The translations under genes and the position numbers were made by a program. Shown one piece after another: positions 33,717-43,281 of a stretch of DNA of 64,000 nt. The notes beneath the pieces were generated by a model. It had not been told where the DNA came from. It saw nothing but the letters and a program-made list of their open reading frames with translations, and did not search any database. This DNA is from a virus, in the IMG/VR virus record IMGVR_UViG_3300045988_066341, one strand, 5' to 3'. Numbering within the stretch: position 1 is the stretch's first letter; every line of letters starts with the position of its first letter.

Positions 33717-36681
33717 TATTTCCGTTATTCCTGTTTCTTATCTCCTGATCAATCATATCAGCTATGGGCGAGATGAAGCTCTCGAAATCATCAGTAGTAG
33801 ATCTTCCCTCGCTCCTCCAATACACCTCATTCTCCTTGCTAAGTATCTGTTGCCATGCCATGACCAAATAATACTGCGGGCAGAAGTCGATCTTCCTTGC
33901 TACCTCATCAGCATAGTTAACGCCATCCAGATCAATTGAATACAACGGGGTATTACCCTCTCTAGCCCCTCCTTTGCTATATATATCAACATTTATCCCA
34001 GAAGAACCATTATTATACTTATATCCGGAAGCCCTTAACTCGTACATAGAAGCGTTATCGAACAACACGTCAGTAGCGATCATCATCTGATTCTTCCTGA
34101 TATTCCCGTCATTTATATTCGTAAACATATCTATATAAGGCATTACCGTGTCCTTGGCCCCGCTAGCGTAAGCGAATGGAGCTACCAACAATGACTTAGC
34201 CATCTTCCCATAAGCGTTGTTGCTTGAGCTGGCGAAAGATATGGGTACGACACCGGAATCATAGGTCTCGGACGGGATGCTTACATCCTCTTTGTAGAAA
34301 GTAAGTCCATTCGCAGCCAGATCAGCCTCGCTTACCTCAACAACAGATCGACCATCACCTCCATTATTGCCAATGATCTGATAATTACCATCACCTATAG
34401 GGGATATGGTAAACGTTATCTTCGTATTGGCATTATCCTTATCCTTAGGAATAAAACCGCCACCACGGGTAAATAGGTCACTAACCTTTATATAATCTTT
34501 CTCTTCTTGACTTTTAGACGGATAATCACCGGAGAAGATATACTCACGCTCGGCATACTCATGACGATATTGTCTCAGGTAATCCTCGCCAGCACGTTTA
34601 GCGTCATCAGCGATCCTACCTAAATCCCCACGACTCCATTTATGTCTTAATAAATCATTCCTCTCTTTATGAGCCTCATCATATATAGCGGTAGCGACAG
34701 CGATCGCCCTGTTATCCCCGGCAAACCTATCTCTTATTTCCTCAATGTGCTTATTCTTACTAGCCCCAGATACGGCAAGAGACATTATAGATTCAATATC
34801 ATCAAGCGAAAAAGACGTTCCCATTAAATCATTCACACGATCCAATAAGACACCTGATTGACCCGAATCCATTGATACATGAGGCATTTCTCCTTCAACA
34901 CCGTAATTAATAGTATTTATATTATCATTTAACAAAGAGCTGTAAGCGGACAACTTACTCCAATCATTTAATGTTATATCGTTTATACCATTTATATCAA
35001 AAACCTTATCGCCATTGTTATTAATATCTCCAAGATTGAATGTGCCGAATCCATAACTAATATCTATACCTGACCCACTGTCCGATCTAGCTTCTCTCTG
35101 AATTATAGTATCAATACCATCCAAAACAGCATTGCTCGCCTTATTGAATCCATCATTGATCTTATTATACTTCCCTCTTTGGGTATTTAATCCAAGAAGC
35201 TTCAAATAACTATCCTGACCATTGTAATCAAGCAACTCGTTCCTTGACCCTCCATTGGCCTTGAAATAAGCCATGATAACCTGATCGTTATCCATATCCT
35301 TGACCACGTTACTATTCTCAGGATCAGACGCCCATGCGTCGATCTTCCTTCTAGCGTCATCTGATAATGACTTAACGAAATTACCCATGCCGGTAGTCAC
35401 CGCCTTCTCGTTGGCTATGAACCCGTTCATGAACTCATCGCTTATGCTCACATCGTCAAGGTTTGCGCTCTTGGTAACCACGGTAGGCCCGGTCGTGTCA
35501 TCACCTCCGCCACCTCCATTCTCCGACTTACCCGATTTGCTGGCTCTCATCAACGCTGCTTTCTCCATGGCTAGATTATGCCTTTTTGTCTCATTAAACT
35601 TAGCTCTATCCATCATCTGCTGATTAGCCTTGAAATAATAATCATCAACACCCAACGTCTCGTATGAGTTATTATAAGACCATCTCAGCCCGACGCCACG
35701 AAGGAACTGCTGTCGTACCATGAACATGCCGGCTCGCTCCGGGCTGTAGTTGCTACCGATAACGCCCTCGGCCTCCTCCACGAAATCATTTCTCTGCTTG
35801 ATAATATCCGCCAGCTCCGACTCCAACTTAGCCCTCTTGGCCTTGTCATTGCCAACGCCCTTTAGCTTGGCTCGTATGGATTCTTCCTTGACACTGAAAT
35901 CATCAATATACCCTTTAAGGAAATCTGAGGTGCTTTGAACATTAAATAAGTCAGGATTCGTTCTAGCCATATATCTTCCCTCTAATTGCATCTGAGCCTT
36001 ACCGTTCTCAGATATAGAAGCCATGGCTATATCCCTGACCTGAGCGTAACTCATCTCATCTATATACATCTCACGCATCTCGCCCGTCCTGTTGCCATTG
36101 GCATCAGTCACCGGTACATTGACTTTCTTCCCCTTGTTAAGGGAGATGAAATTCTTCATCTTCTCATCAATCTCAGCGTGGTAATCCGTATAAGGGGTAT
36201 AATGTATAGGATTAAGACGTGTCCCTACCTGACCGTCATTCATCCAAGCCACGGCATCCGCAAAAGCCTCAGCCTCGTTTATAGGACTATACATCTTGGG
36301 ATTGTTCAGCTTCATATCCTCCATCTTCTCGCTAAAAGCCCGGATCTCCCTAGTACCGGAAATAGCATTCAACACACGGGTATCCAGAGCTTCTCCAAGA
36401 CGAGCCTGTATGCTTCTGGCTATACCGTCGGAAGCCAAATTAGATTTACGATACACGTTATTCACGTCCTGTATCAGCCCATTTAACCTATTCTGAAGAT
36501 ATTCCCTATCCTGAGGTTTTATAATGTCAGAATTGATAATATAATCAGCATACTCGTTTATAGCCTGCCGATTGGTATCTATCTTCTGCTGCATGTACCC
36601 CATCCCCTGCATCATGACATCCATGTTGTAGGGCGATACATACTTGCCGTAATTCCTTAATATACTATATTGTGAAGCCAT
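33685..36681 (-). CDS. large virion-module protein, 998 aa, function unknown
   Basis: Uninterrupted ORF; Gly-rich linker SENGGGGGDD; overlaps the next gene by about 30 nt. Confidence 0.8.
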   Translation of the reverse strand: MASQYSILRNYGKYVSPYNMDVMMQGMGYMQQKIDTNRQAINEYADYIINSDIIKPQDREYLQNRLNGLIQDVNNVYRKSNLASDGIARSIQARLGEALDTRVLNAISGTREIRAFSEKMEDMKLNNPKMYSPINEAEAFADAVAWMNDGQVGTRLNPIHYTPYTDYHAEIDEKMKNFISLNKGKKVNVPVTDANGNRTGEMREMYIDEMSYAQVRDIAMASISENGKAQMQLEGRYMARTNPDLFNVQSTSDFLKGYIDDFSVKEESIRAKLKGVGNDKAKRAKLESELADIIKQRNDFVEEAEGVIGSNYSPERAGMFMVRQQFLRGVGLRWSYNNSYETLGVDDYYFKANQQMMDRAKFNETKRHNLAMEKAALMRASKSGKSENGGGGGDDTTGPTVVTKSANLDDVSISDEFMNGFIANEKAVTTGMGNFVKSLSDDARRKIDAWASDPENSNVVKDMDNDQVIMAYFKANGGSRNELLDYNGQDSYLKLLGLNTQRGKYNKINDGFNKASNAVLDGIDTIIQREARSDSGSGIDISYGFGTFNLGDINNNGDKVFDINGINDITLNDWSKLSAYSSLLNDNINTINYGVEGEMPHVSMDSGQSGVLLDRVNDLMGTSFSLDDIESIMSLAVSGASKNKHIEEIRDRFAGDNRAIAVATAIYDEAHKERNDLLRHKWSRGDLGRIADDAKRAGEDYLRQYRHEYAEREYIFSGDYPSKSQEEKDYIKVSDLFTRGGGFIPKDKDNANTKITFTISPIGDGNYQIIGNNGGDGRSVVEVSEADLAANGLTFYKEDVSIPSETYDSGVVPISFASSSNNAYGKMAKSLLVAPFAYASGAKDTVMPYIDMFTNINDGNIRKNQMMIATDVLFDNASMYELRASGYKYNNGSSGINVDIYSKGGAREGNTPLYSIDLDGVNYADEVARKIDFCPQYYLVMAWQQILSKENEVYWRSEGRSTTDDFESFISPIADMIDQEIRNRNNGNSGNNGNNGNL
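33691..33735. repeat. 5 tandem 9-bp units (ATTTCCATT-like)
   Basis: Encodes ..NNGNSGNNGNNGNL* in one frame and MEIMETMEI.. in the overlapping frame. Confidence 0.8.
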
Positions 36682-36684
36682 CCT

Positions 36685-39285
36685 TTATCCTTTCTTGCCT
36701 TTAGTTACTTCCTGAGCAGGATATAATCTCCTATAACTCAATATATCTCCTTGAGGATCAGCGATTAATTGTCCATTGGGACCAATCTTTACATCCCCAA
36801 ATATAGACCTTAATGTATTCATGGTCGTAGCCGTATTCCACTTCTGCTGGATCTCGTCATTTACGCTATCGAAATACCTAGCCCAGTTCTCGTCATTTAT
36901 AGCCAATCCCTGCAATATCCGTTGCTGGTAAGCTTGACGTTGGGCTATATTCTTATCATACGTATCAGCCCAAGTACGGGCGTTTACATTATCAGCCCAA
37001 GCCCTTTGAGCCACGTTCCCTTGTTCTACCTCATTAATGTATCTACCTATATTGGAACTCATGATAGCCTGTAAGTTGGATGATAAAGCCCCTCTCTGGG
37101 AATCCGGGACATTACCCATCTGATCCAATTGTGATTGGAAAGCACGATTGGTCTCAACCATATACTGATCAGCCGATCTCAACACCGGATCCACGGTAGG
37201 AGCGTAATGCCTTTCCAGACCTTCCGTTGTCACGGCTCCCGGGGTCATCCTAAATACCTCGGGGAAGTCAAGACCGCCACCCACTATATTCCTGCCTCCA
37301 TTGCCGCTGTTCGACTTACCGGCATTTGTATTGGTCTTAGGGAGTGTATTGGGATCAATCAGCTCAGGCATATCCAGTTTAACATCAGGTTCCTCCACAT
37401 CACCTATATCCATAGGACCTGGAGCCACCTTATGAGGGTCAAGTATAAAATCAAGACCTTCCATTCCTTTCATGGATCTCAATGCCTGCATCTTAAGCAT
37501 ATCCTCGCCAAGTATCTTATTAACGACATCCTTGTTCTTGTCAGAGAATAGTTGGCTAAAATGGGTGATACCAGCATCGTTAAGAGCCTTATGCTGTTCC
37601 TCTGTAACAACGTCTAGACCGATCATAGGGCGAGATGTGGTAAACAAACCTAATTTATTGTCTCTCATCCTATCATGATATGCGGCTTTCTTGTCTTCCG
37701 GGTAATTACCTTGACTATCCTCACCGCCAAAGGAAACGAGCGTCGTGTAATCCCGAAGCGCCTCGGCGTTGGCGATGATCGGGTTCTCAGCCGTAGCCAA
37801 GCCCATCCAGCTACTTGTCTGACCGTAGATAGCGTCTTGCAACGCCCTAGCCCTAGTGCCCTCTGAAGCTCCCATATAAGCATCGTAAGCGACCGGATTG
37901 AATGTCTTATAATAATTCAACCTCTCATCCGTATTAATACCTCCATAAGAGCCATCAGTTCCTTGGCGCTGATAACCGAAATAGTTAGGATCATTGTTGA
38001 ACCTATTCTCGATCGGGCGGAAAGTTAATTTACGACCGAACAAAGACGTGCCTCCTATCTCCATCTTCTGGCGAATACCAGCCACTTTCTTAAGCAGCTC
38101 TTTCTTAGCCTCAGCTATATCCTCCTCCGTAAGACCGTATTCTTTCATGGATCTGGATATGATGTTATCTATCTCACCTCCCTTGGCGAAATACGTATCC
38201 TCATCCTTCTTCATCTTCAGGTCTTCCTGCTCCTTGTATATGATATTAGCGAAGTCCGTAAATCTTCCTTCTAAGCCATTAACGGTATCGTTGCTATCAT
38301 TTATAGCCTTAGATAATACGGAGGCGTTTAAACGCCTTGTATTCTCATCATCTATCTTATCGTTCTTCTTCAACTTCTCTAACGCCTTCTTCTGGTCATC
38401 GTAAGCCGATTTAAGACCGATCTTAGCCTTATACCTATCCATTAACGTAGCGTATGTGTCCTTAGGCGTGGCCTTAATCCCATACGTATCCCTAATGTAT
38501 TTGGCGAAGTCCGGCTCTATGGTGGTATCATCGGTAATAACCTTCGTACCCTGCTCCAAAGAAACGGGCGTTCCTCCATCGGCATGCTTCTGCCCCATGG
38601 CCTCCATCGGCGCCTCCCCGGGCTGCTCCACGTACTCGCCCTTCTCGACCTCTACGTTGGCTTGATCTTCCATCGACTTAGGTAACGGATATAGATACTC
38701 ACCGGTAAGGCTACCGCTATCGAATCTATTATTAGGCCCTAGATAAACACCACCTCCATCCTTATACCGCATCTGAGATTGCCGTCTCTGCCTAGCCTCT
38801 CGCTCTTGAGCTAACCTGATATTAGTACGAGTGCCTTGCTCTGACGCCATCCCTGAGAATACGTTCCTTACCAACCCTAAGACACCGCCGATGCCTGACA
38901 TTACAGTACCCACGACATTAGCTGTCTTAACCCCGGTGGATAAATCACCGTATCCCTCGCTTCTCATACGCCCTATACCACGACCCATCTGGGTAAACCT
39001 AGATCCTATATCATCAGCACCATAGTAAGGGATAGTGGTAAAATCAAAAACATCCGTACTACCAGACTTATCAACCTTCTTATTACTGTCAACCAAAGCG
39101 CTCAAATCACTTGTATCAATGGTATTAATATCAGGCTGCTGAATATCAAATCCTATCTGGGTAGACGAAACCAAAGGCTCCACTCCAATACCCTGAAGAC
39201 CAACAACATTACCGGGCATGATAGGGGTGACTTCCCCAGCCTCTTGATATTTAGGTATCTTCCTCTTGATTACATATTTGCCCAT
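36685..39285 (-). CDS. large virion-module protein, 866 aa, function unknown
   Basis: Uninterrupted ORF; ATG 24 nt after a -7 box. Confidence 0.8.
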   Translation of the reverse strand: MGKYVIKRKIPKYQEAGEVTPIMPGNVVGLQGIGVEPLVSSTQIGFDIQQPDINTIDTSDLSALVDSNKKVDKSGSTDVFDFTTIPYYGADDIGSRFTQMGRGIGRMRSEGYGDLSTGVKTANVVGTVMSGIGGVLGLVRNVFSGMASEQGTRTNIRLAQEREARQRRQSQMRYKDGGGVYLGPNNRFDSGSLTGEYLYPLPKSMEDQANVEVEKGEYVEQPGEAPMEAMGQKHADGGTPVSLEQGTKVITDDTTIEPDFAKYIRDTYGIKATPKDTYATLMDRYKAKIGLKSAYDDQKKALEKLKKNDKIDDENTRRLNASVLSKAINDSNDTVNGLEGRFTDFANIIYKEQEDLKMKKDEDTYFAKGGEIDNIISRSMKEYGLTEEDIAEAKKELLKKVAGIRQKMEIGGTSLFGRKLTFRPIENRFNNDPNYFGYQRQGTDGSYGGINTDERLNYYKTFNPVAYDAYMGASEGTRARALQDAIYGQTSSWMGLATAENPIIANAEALRDYTTLVSFGGEDSQGNYPEDKKAAYHDRMRDNKLGLFTTSRPMIGLDVVTEEQHKALNDAGITHFSQLFSDKNKDVVNKILGEDMLKMQALRSMKGMEGLDFILDPHKVAPGPMDIGDVEEPDVKLDMPELIDPNTLPKTNTNAGKSNSGNGGRNIVGGGLDFPEVFRMTPGAVTTEGLERHYAPTVDPVLRSADQYMVETNRAFQSQLDQMGNVPDSQRGALSSNLQAIMSSNIGRYINEVEQGNVAQRAWADNVNARTWADTYDKNIAQRQAYQQRILQGLAINDENWARYFDSVNDEIQQKWNTATTMNTLRSIFGDVKIGPNGQLIADPQGDILSYRRLYPAQEVTKGKKG

Positions 39286-39308
39286 ATCAAATTAATTTCG
39301 TTCTGACA

Positions 39309-39316
39309 CAAAGATA
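39309..39316 (-). promoter_or_regulatory. -7 box TATCTTTG, class A
   Basis: 24 nt upstream of ATG 39285. Confidence 0.6.
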
Positions 39317-39320
39317 ATCT

Positions 39321-39360
39321 AAAAAAACGGAGACTCACCATTTATATAACGATGAGTCTC
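39321..39360 (-). terminator. intrinsic terminator
   Basis: GAGACUCA-N15-UGAGUCUC followed by CGUUUUUUU on the - strand, 8 nt after the stop at 39368. Confidence 0.75.
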
Positions 39361-39367
39361 TTTAATA

Positions 39368-40120
39368 CTAATATTTTAAAGCCGCAACAGGATTACCCCA
39401 TTTCTTCTTCCATTCATGCCCAAGATAGTCTATAAGCTTATCATAAGTATCTATAAAGCCTCCATCTATAATGCCGGTAATAACATTCTCTACAGCTACT
39501 ATGTCGTTTAACTGATTCTTTGTGGCCGTATTCCTTATCCCACTCTCATGCTTGTTAAAGACGATAAAATTAATAGCCTTAGCTACCCTTGATATCTTAT
39601 CAGACAACTGACTCTTGTCGCTAACCAACCTGGCGACGGCCGAACTCATCTTGATATAAGCCTCGCCAGCGGCATTCCTGTCCTCTATGAATCCATCATG
39701 CAACCATATTATCACCTTGGCGTATATCTCTGGATCCAATTCCAATGCTACCATAACAAAAAAATACGGATTTACATACCATTTCTGACCCTCCCCCTTT
39801 CCTCTTCGGTAAGCCATTCCGTATTTTTTGAGATCGGTTATCTTATTGATTTTCAATTCATGGTTTTGTACCGTAAGATTTCTTACAGTACATATATCAT
39901 TAATACTCAGCTCCCTAACAAGAGCTTTCATCTTTTCCTGAAATCCATTAGTAGCAAACAAATGATCAAGCCTTCTAGACTCCAACCCCATAGATTTACG
40001 TTTTTCATTCAAGGCTTCCATAACTTCCGTTATGCATACAAACCCGTCCTTGGACATAACAGAAATGTTCCTACCTAATAATTCCCTACTCTCTGATGAT
40101 AAAATCAAATTACTTTTCAT
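39368..40120 (-). CDS. KilA-N-like DNA-binding domain protein, 250 aa
   Basis: QKWYVNPYFFVMVALELDPEIYAKVIIWL fits the G.WVHP.L...A.WL.P.F...V..W pattern (judged by eye). Confidence 0.5.
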   Translation of the reverse strand: MKSNLILSSESRELLGRNISVMSKDGFVCITEVMEALNEKRKSMGLESRRLDHLFATNGFQEKMKALVRELSINDICTVRNLTVQNHELKINKITDLKKYGMAYRRGKGEGQKWYVNPYFFVMVALELDPEIYAKVIIWLHDGFIEDRNAAGEAYIKMSSAVARLVSDKSQLSDKISRVAKAINFIVFNKHESGIRNTATKNQLNDIVAVENVITGIIDGGFIDTYDKLIDYLGHEWKKKWGNPVAALKY

Positions 40121-40184
40121 ACCTTTACTAAAAGTTTTAAATTAATAAATGCGCCTATCCGCTCGTGATGAGTAGGTAGGCGCA

Positions 40185-40192
40185 CAAATATA
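40185..40192 (-). promoter_or_regulatory. -7 box TATATTTG, class B-like
   Basis: 65 nt upstream of ATG 40120; immediately followed by the 14-bp-stem hairpin 40151-40183. Confidence 0.5.
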
Positions 40193-40282
40193 AGCAATAC
40201 TAATATTATTACAAAATATAATAGCCTATATTATAGATAATAAAATCTTGAAATTTTACATATCTCAAATAATTACAAGATG

Positions 40283-40660
40283 CTAGATCCTTTTTACAAA
40301 CAGTGATCCTATAGCTTTCACCAGATCGTAGAAGCCGGCACTACTGAACCCAACAGCTACCCCATACAGCAATGCCTCCCACCATTCACTCCCTATAAGC
40401 AATGGAGACACCTTTAGAAACCACGCTAATATACAAACCAGCATACCTATGACTACGGCGGATAGGACTTTAGCCCACTTATGGGTGTCAATATACGGCA
40501 CAACCTTGGCTAACTGCGTAGCTGACATCGTGACGAAAGCCATGATGCCGGTGAAGGTAGTTAAATCAATAGTGATAGCCCCTTCTGATGGGATTACCTC
40601 TTGCGCCATCAAAACGAACGGCGTCAATAACATAGCAAATAAAAACAACAATCTTTTCAT
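40283..40660 (-). CDS. small membrane protein with a signal peptide plus 2-3 TM helices; candidate holin or membrane partner of the lysozyme-domain protein
   Basis: MKRLLFLFAMLLTPFVLMAQE then hydrophobic helices; ATG 40660 lies 24 nt after a -7 box. Confidence 0.45.
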   Translation of the reverse strand: MKRLLFLFAMLLTPFVLMAQEVIPSEGAITIDLTTFTGIMAFVTMSATQLAKVVPYIDTHKWAKVLSAVVIGMLVCILAWFLKVSPLLIGSEWWEALLYGVAVGFSSAGFYDLVKAIGSLFVKRI

Positions 40661-40683
40661 ATCTAAAACGTTTAATAATTTCA

Positions 40684-40691
40684 CAAATGTA
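40684..40691 (-). promoter_or_regulatory. -7 box TACATTTG
   Basis: 24 nt upstream of ATG 40660; it overlaps the GTG used by the ORF track. Confidence 0.45.
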
Positions 40692-40694
40692 GTA

Positions 40695-43001
40695 TTAATT
40701 TCGAGTTCTACTCATACCTTTTATGTTAAGACTTAACCCCGGTATCATATTAAGCACCAGCTGCCTTTTTGCCTGTTCTCTACGCATACGCTCAGCTTCC
40801 GCTACCTGTGCCTCTGATTGGGGATCGTTCTTGATGTTGTTAGCGATATCCTCTATAGCTTTCTTGTTGGCGCCTGATTGAGCTAGCATCTTATATAACA
40901 GGTCTTGACCTTCCTTCTCCCACCAGCTATCCACGGCAGGATGGGAAGCCAAAGAAGGGCCGGCGGGGGCTACCGTCTCAGGCACGGGCTGATGACCTCC
41001 GTCTCCCGTACCAGAATCCCGCTGCCCGAACTCGTATCTCATTGGCTCGTTCTCCGGGACACCGTATCTGTTGGAGAACATATCGGCGAACTCAAACCGC
41101 TTCTCGTTTCTTAATGTCGATCCAAGGGGTCTTCCGTATCCTTGATTCCATGCTACGGTAGCGTCCTTATAATTCGTGGCGTTATCAAAATCAGCTTTCG
41201 AATACATATAGTAATTATATATATTGCCTTGAGCGTCCTTATCAAAGAACTTGCCTTGGTTCATGTAGTTCCAACCTAGCCCCGGTACACGACCTTGATA
41301 CTCATCCACAAGATAATCCAGTTGTTGGGTCAATGTCGGTTTCTTACCATACCTGCGCTGTAGCTCCTTCTTCCTCGGTCCAAGCCATTGTTGGATGCCA
41401 AAATCACCGGCGGCTCCTAGGGCTTCGGTGTCCCCTCCGGACTCGGCGGCGATGTTCGACAGGATACCGATAGCTTGCGTTTGTGGTATTCCCTTCTTGT
41501 CGGTCAGATAATCCCATATCTCGTCATATACAGCCATCTTACTATCCTCTGATCTACGAGGATCAATTACATACTTGCCAGAACCATAAGCCCTCCCTGT
41601 ATTTACCGAACCTCCTCTATCCTTTTTATCAATACTACCATCTATCTTAAATACATCCCCATTCAAAAGAAACTGGACAGCGGGATTGAAATCATATACA
41701 TCCCTATATCTGTATCCGCCCATATCCTTGTCACGATATATCGTATAATCACCAAGTACACTATGAGGACCCGTCTCGTTCTTATCAAGTCTACGATCCC
41801 TATAATTATACTCATTCACGACACCATACCCCTTATCATAAAGAGACCTCAACCCTTTTATATTCATCTCGTCCGCTGATATGGCACCCTCTCTTACCCT
41901 TTTCAGATCCTTATATTCCCTCTGAATCCTCTCATACTCCTCTGGATCGGCATCACTTAAAGCTTTTATAAGTCCTTCATTGTATTCCTTAGTTTCCTTA
42001 TCAAACAGACTCCTATTCACATCAATCCTATTCCTTACGATAGACGAATCAGGTATCATCCTATTAGATAATTCCTTTCGTATACTATACGTACCATCAC
42101 CATTATCTATCAATACAGACTCATCGTAAGGGAGTTTATTATATTTAGCCCAAGCCTCATCACTAGTTCTTGTGCCTAAATCATCATTATCACTATCGCT
42201 ATATAACTTGTTATTAAAATCACCAGATATATATTTCCCGAACATCTTCATAAAATGAACAGGATACTCATACCATTCCGGATTCTTCCCCATAGGATCT
42301 ATTGATGAATACGCAGCTTTATTTATGCGAGTAGGGCCATCAGTATACCTTGAATTAGCGATATCATATATTATTGACAAAACCGGGTGAGCAGAAGCTA
42401 CGTAATTATCCAATACCCTGCTCCCGAATCTAGGTCTATCAAGAACAGACTCTCTTGTTTCTCCTCCATCTTGCTTCCTCTCAATTTTTTCTCCCCATAG
42501 CCCATATTTCTTCCTAGGCCATATGCCGTCTATGGCATCCACATAACCAACGGGATGCTCCCCTTCCAGACGCCGGTCCCGTCGCTCGTCCGCTGGGTAC
42601 AGGGCGTTGGCCAACGGCTGCGTGATATGACCCAACCCCTTATCCTTGGAACTCGACATAGCATCCACCACAGTCCGATATACAGGTCTTAATTTCTCAG
42701 GTAAATATAGCCCCGCCTCATCAACCAACTCACCGATCTTCTTATTTATACCCCTGATACTGAAATTATAATTACCCATGCCATTATTCAACGGGGACAA
42801 CGCACCTCTTATCCCATTCATGCCTTTAACTGCGGCTCCTCCGCTAAGGATATCAAACTCCGGGGACACGTTTCTCAAAGGACTATCATCCATACCCCTG
42901 AAATACATAGGACGCTCGCCTCTTACGACACGATCAAGATCCTCCTTATATAAATCCTTTATCCATGAAGGAATTTCCTCTGGTTTATCTTTCTTAGCCA
43001 T
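40695..43001 (-). CDS. virion-associated protein with a phage tail-lysozyme (peptidoglycan hydrolase) domain, 768 aa
   Basis: QAIGILSNIAAESGGDTEALGAAGDFGIQQWLGPRKKEL (about nt 41080-41500) matches the GILGNI..ESG...G.GI.QW..R signature. Confidence 0.75.
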   Translation of the reverse strand: MAKKDKPEEIPSWIKDLYKEDLDRVVRGERPMYFRGMDDSPLRNVSPEFDILSGGAAVKGMNGIRGALSPLNNGMGNYNFSIRGINKKIGELVDEAGLYLPEKLRPVYRTVVDAMSSSKDKGLGHITQPLANALYPADERRDRRLEGEHPVGYVDAIDGIWPRKKYGLWGEKIERKQDGGETRESVLDRPRFGSRVLDNYVASAHPVLSIIYDIANSRYTDGPTRINKAAYSSIDPMGKNPEWYEYPVHFMKMFGKYISGDFNNKLYSDSDNDDLGTRTSDEAWAKYNKLPYDESVLIDNGDGTYSIRKELSNRMIPDSSIVRNRIDVNRSLFDKETKEYNEGLIKALSDADPEEYERIQREYKDLKRVREGAISADEMNIKGLRSLYDKGYGVVNEYNYRDRRLDKNETGPHSVLGDYTIYRDKDMGGYRYRDVYDFNPAVQFLLNGDVFKIDGSIDKKDRGGSVNTGRAYGSGKYVIDPRRSEDSKMAVYDEIWDYLTDKKGIPQTQAIGILSNIAAESGGDTEALGAAGDFGIQQWLGPRKKELQRRYGKKPTLTQQLDYLVDEYQGRVPGLGWNYMNQGKFFDKDAQGNIYNYYMYSKADFDNATNYKDATVAWNQGYGRPLGSTLRNEKRFEFADMFSNRYGVPENEPMRYEFGQRDSGTGDGGHQPVPETVAPAGPSLASHPAVDSWWEKEGQDLLYKMLAQSGANKKAIEDIANNIKNDPQSEAQVAEAERMRREQAKRQLVLNMIPGLSLNIKGMSRTRN

Positions 43002-43016
43002 AAATCATGTTTTTCA

Positions 43017-43024
43017 CAAAGATA
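43017..43024 (-). promoter_or_regulatory. -7 box TATCTTTG, class A
   Basis: 16 nt upstream of ATG 43001. Confidence 0.6.
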
Positions 43025-43092
43025 GGAATAATAGCATGTAGATTAAAACAGTAAGCGGATACATGATTCATATCATCTACCCGCCTACATCC

Positions 43093-43269
43093 TCAATGCA
43101 TATGATAAGCCGCTAAGGCTTTCTTAGCCGAATCCCTCGACTTGTACTTGGCCGGCCATAATTTACCGGTCTTGTTGCTAACCACTCGCCAATTACTCCC
43201 TACTTTCTTAATGCATCCTGACTTCGGGCATTCGCCCTTCTTCTTACCGCTAGCTTTTCCTGTTGCCAT
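43093..43269 (-). CDS. small basic protein, 58 aa
   Basis: Hand translation MATGKASGKKKGECPKSGCIKKVGSNWRVVSNKTGKLWPAKYKSRDSAKKALAAYHMH*; below the ORF-track size cut-off. Confidence 0.5.
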   Translation of the reverse strand: MATGKASGKKKGECPKSGCIKKVGSNWRVVSNKTGKLWPAKYKSRDSAKKALAAYHMH

Positions 43270-43281
43270 AACATCAAATAT

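Noticed and set aside
33685-36681. 998-aa ORF as portal protein
   Set aside because: Only size and position could support this, and no portal motif was recognised. It is left as a virion-module protein of unknown function.
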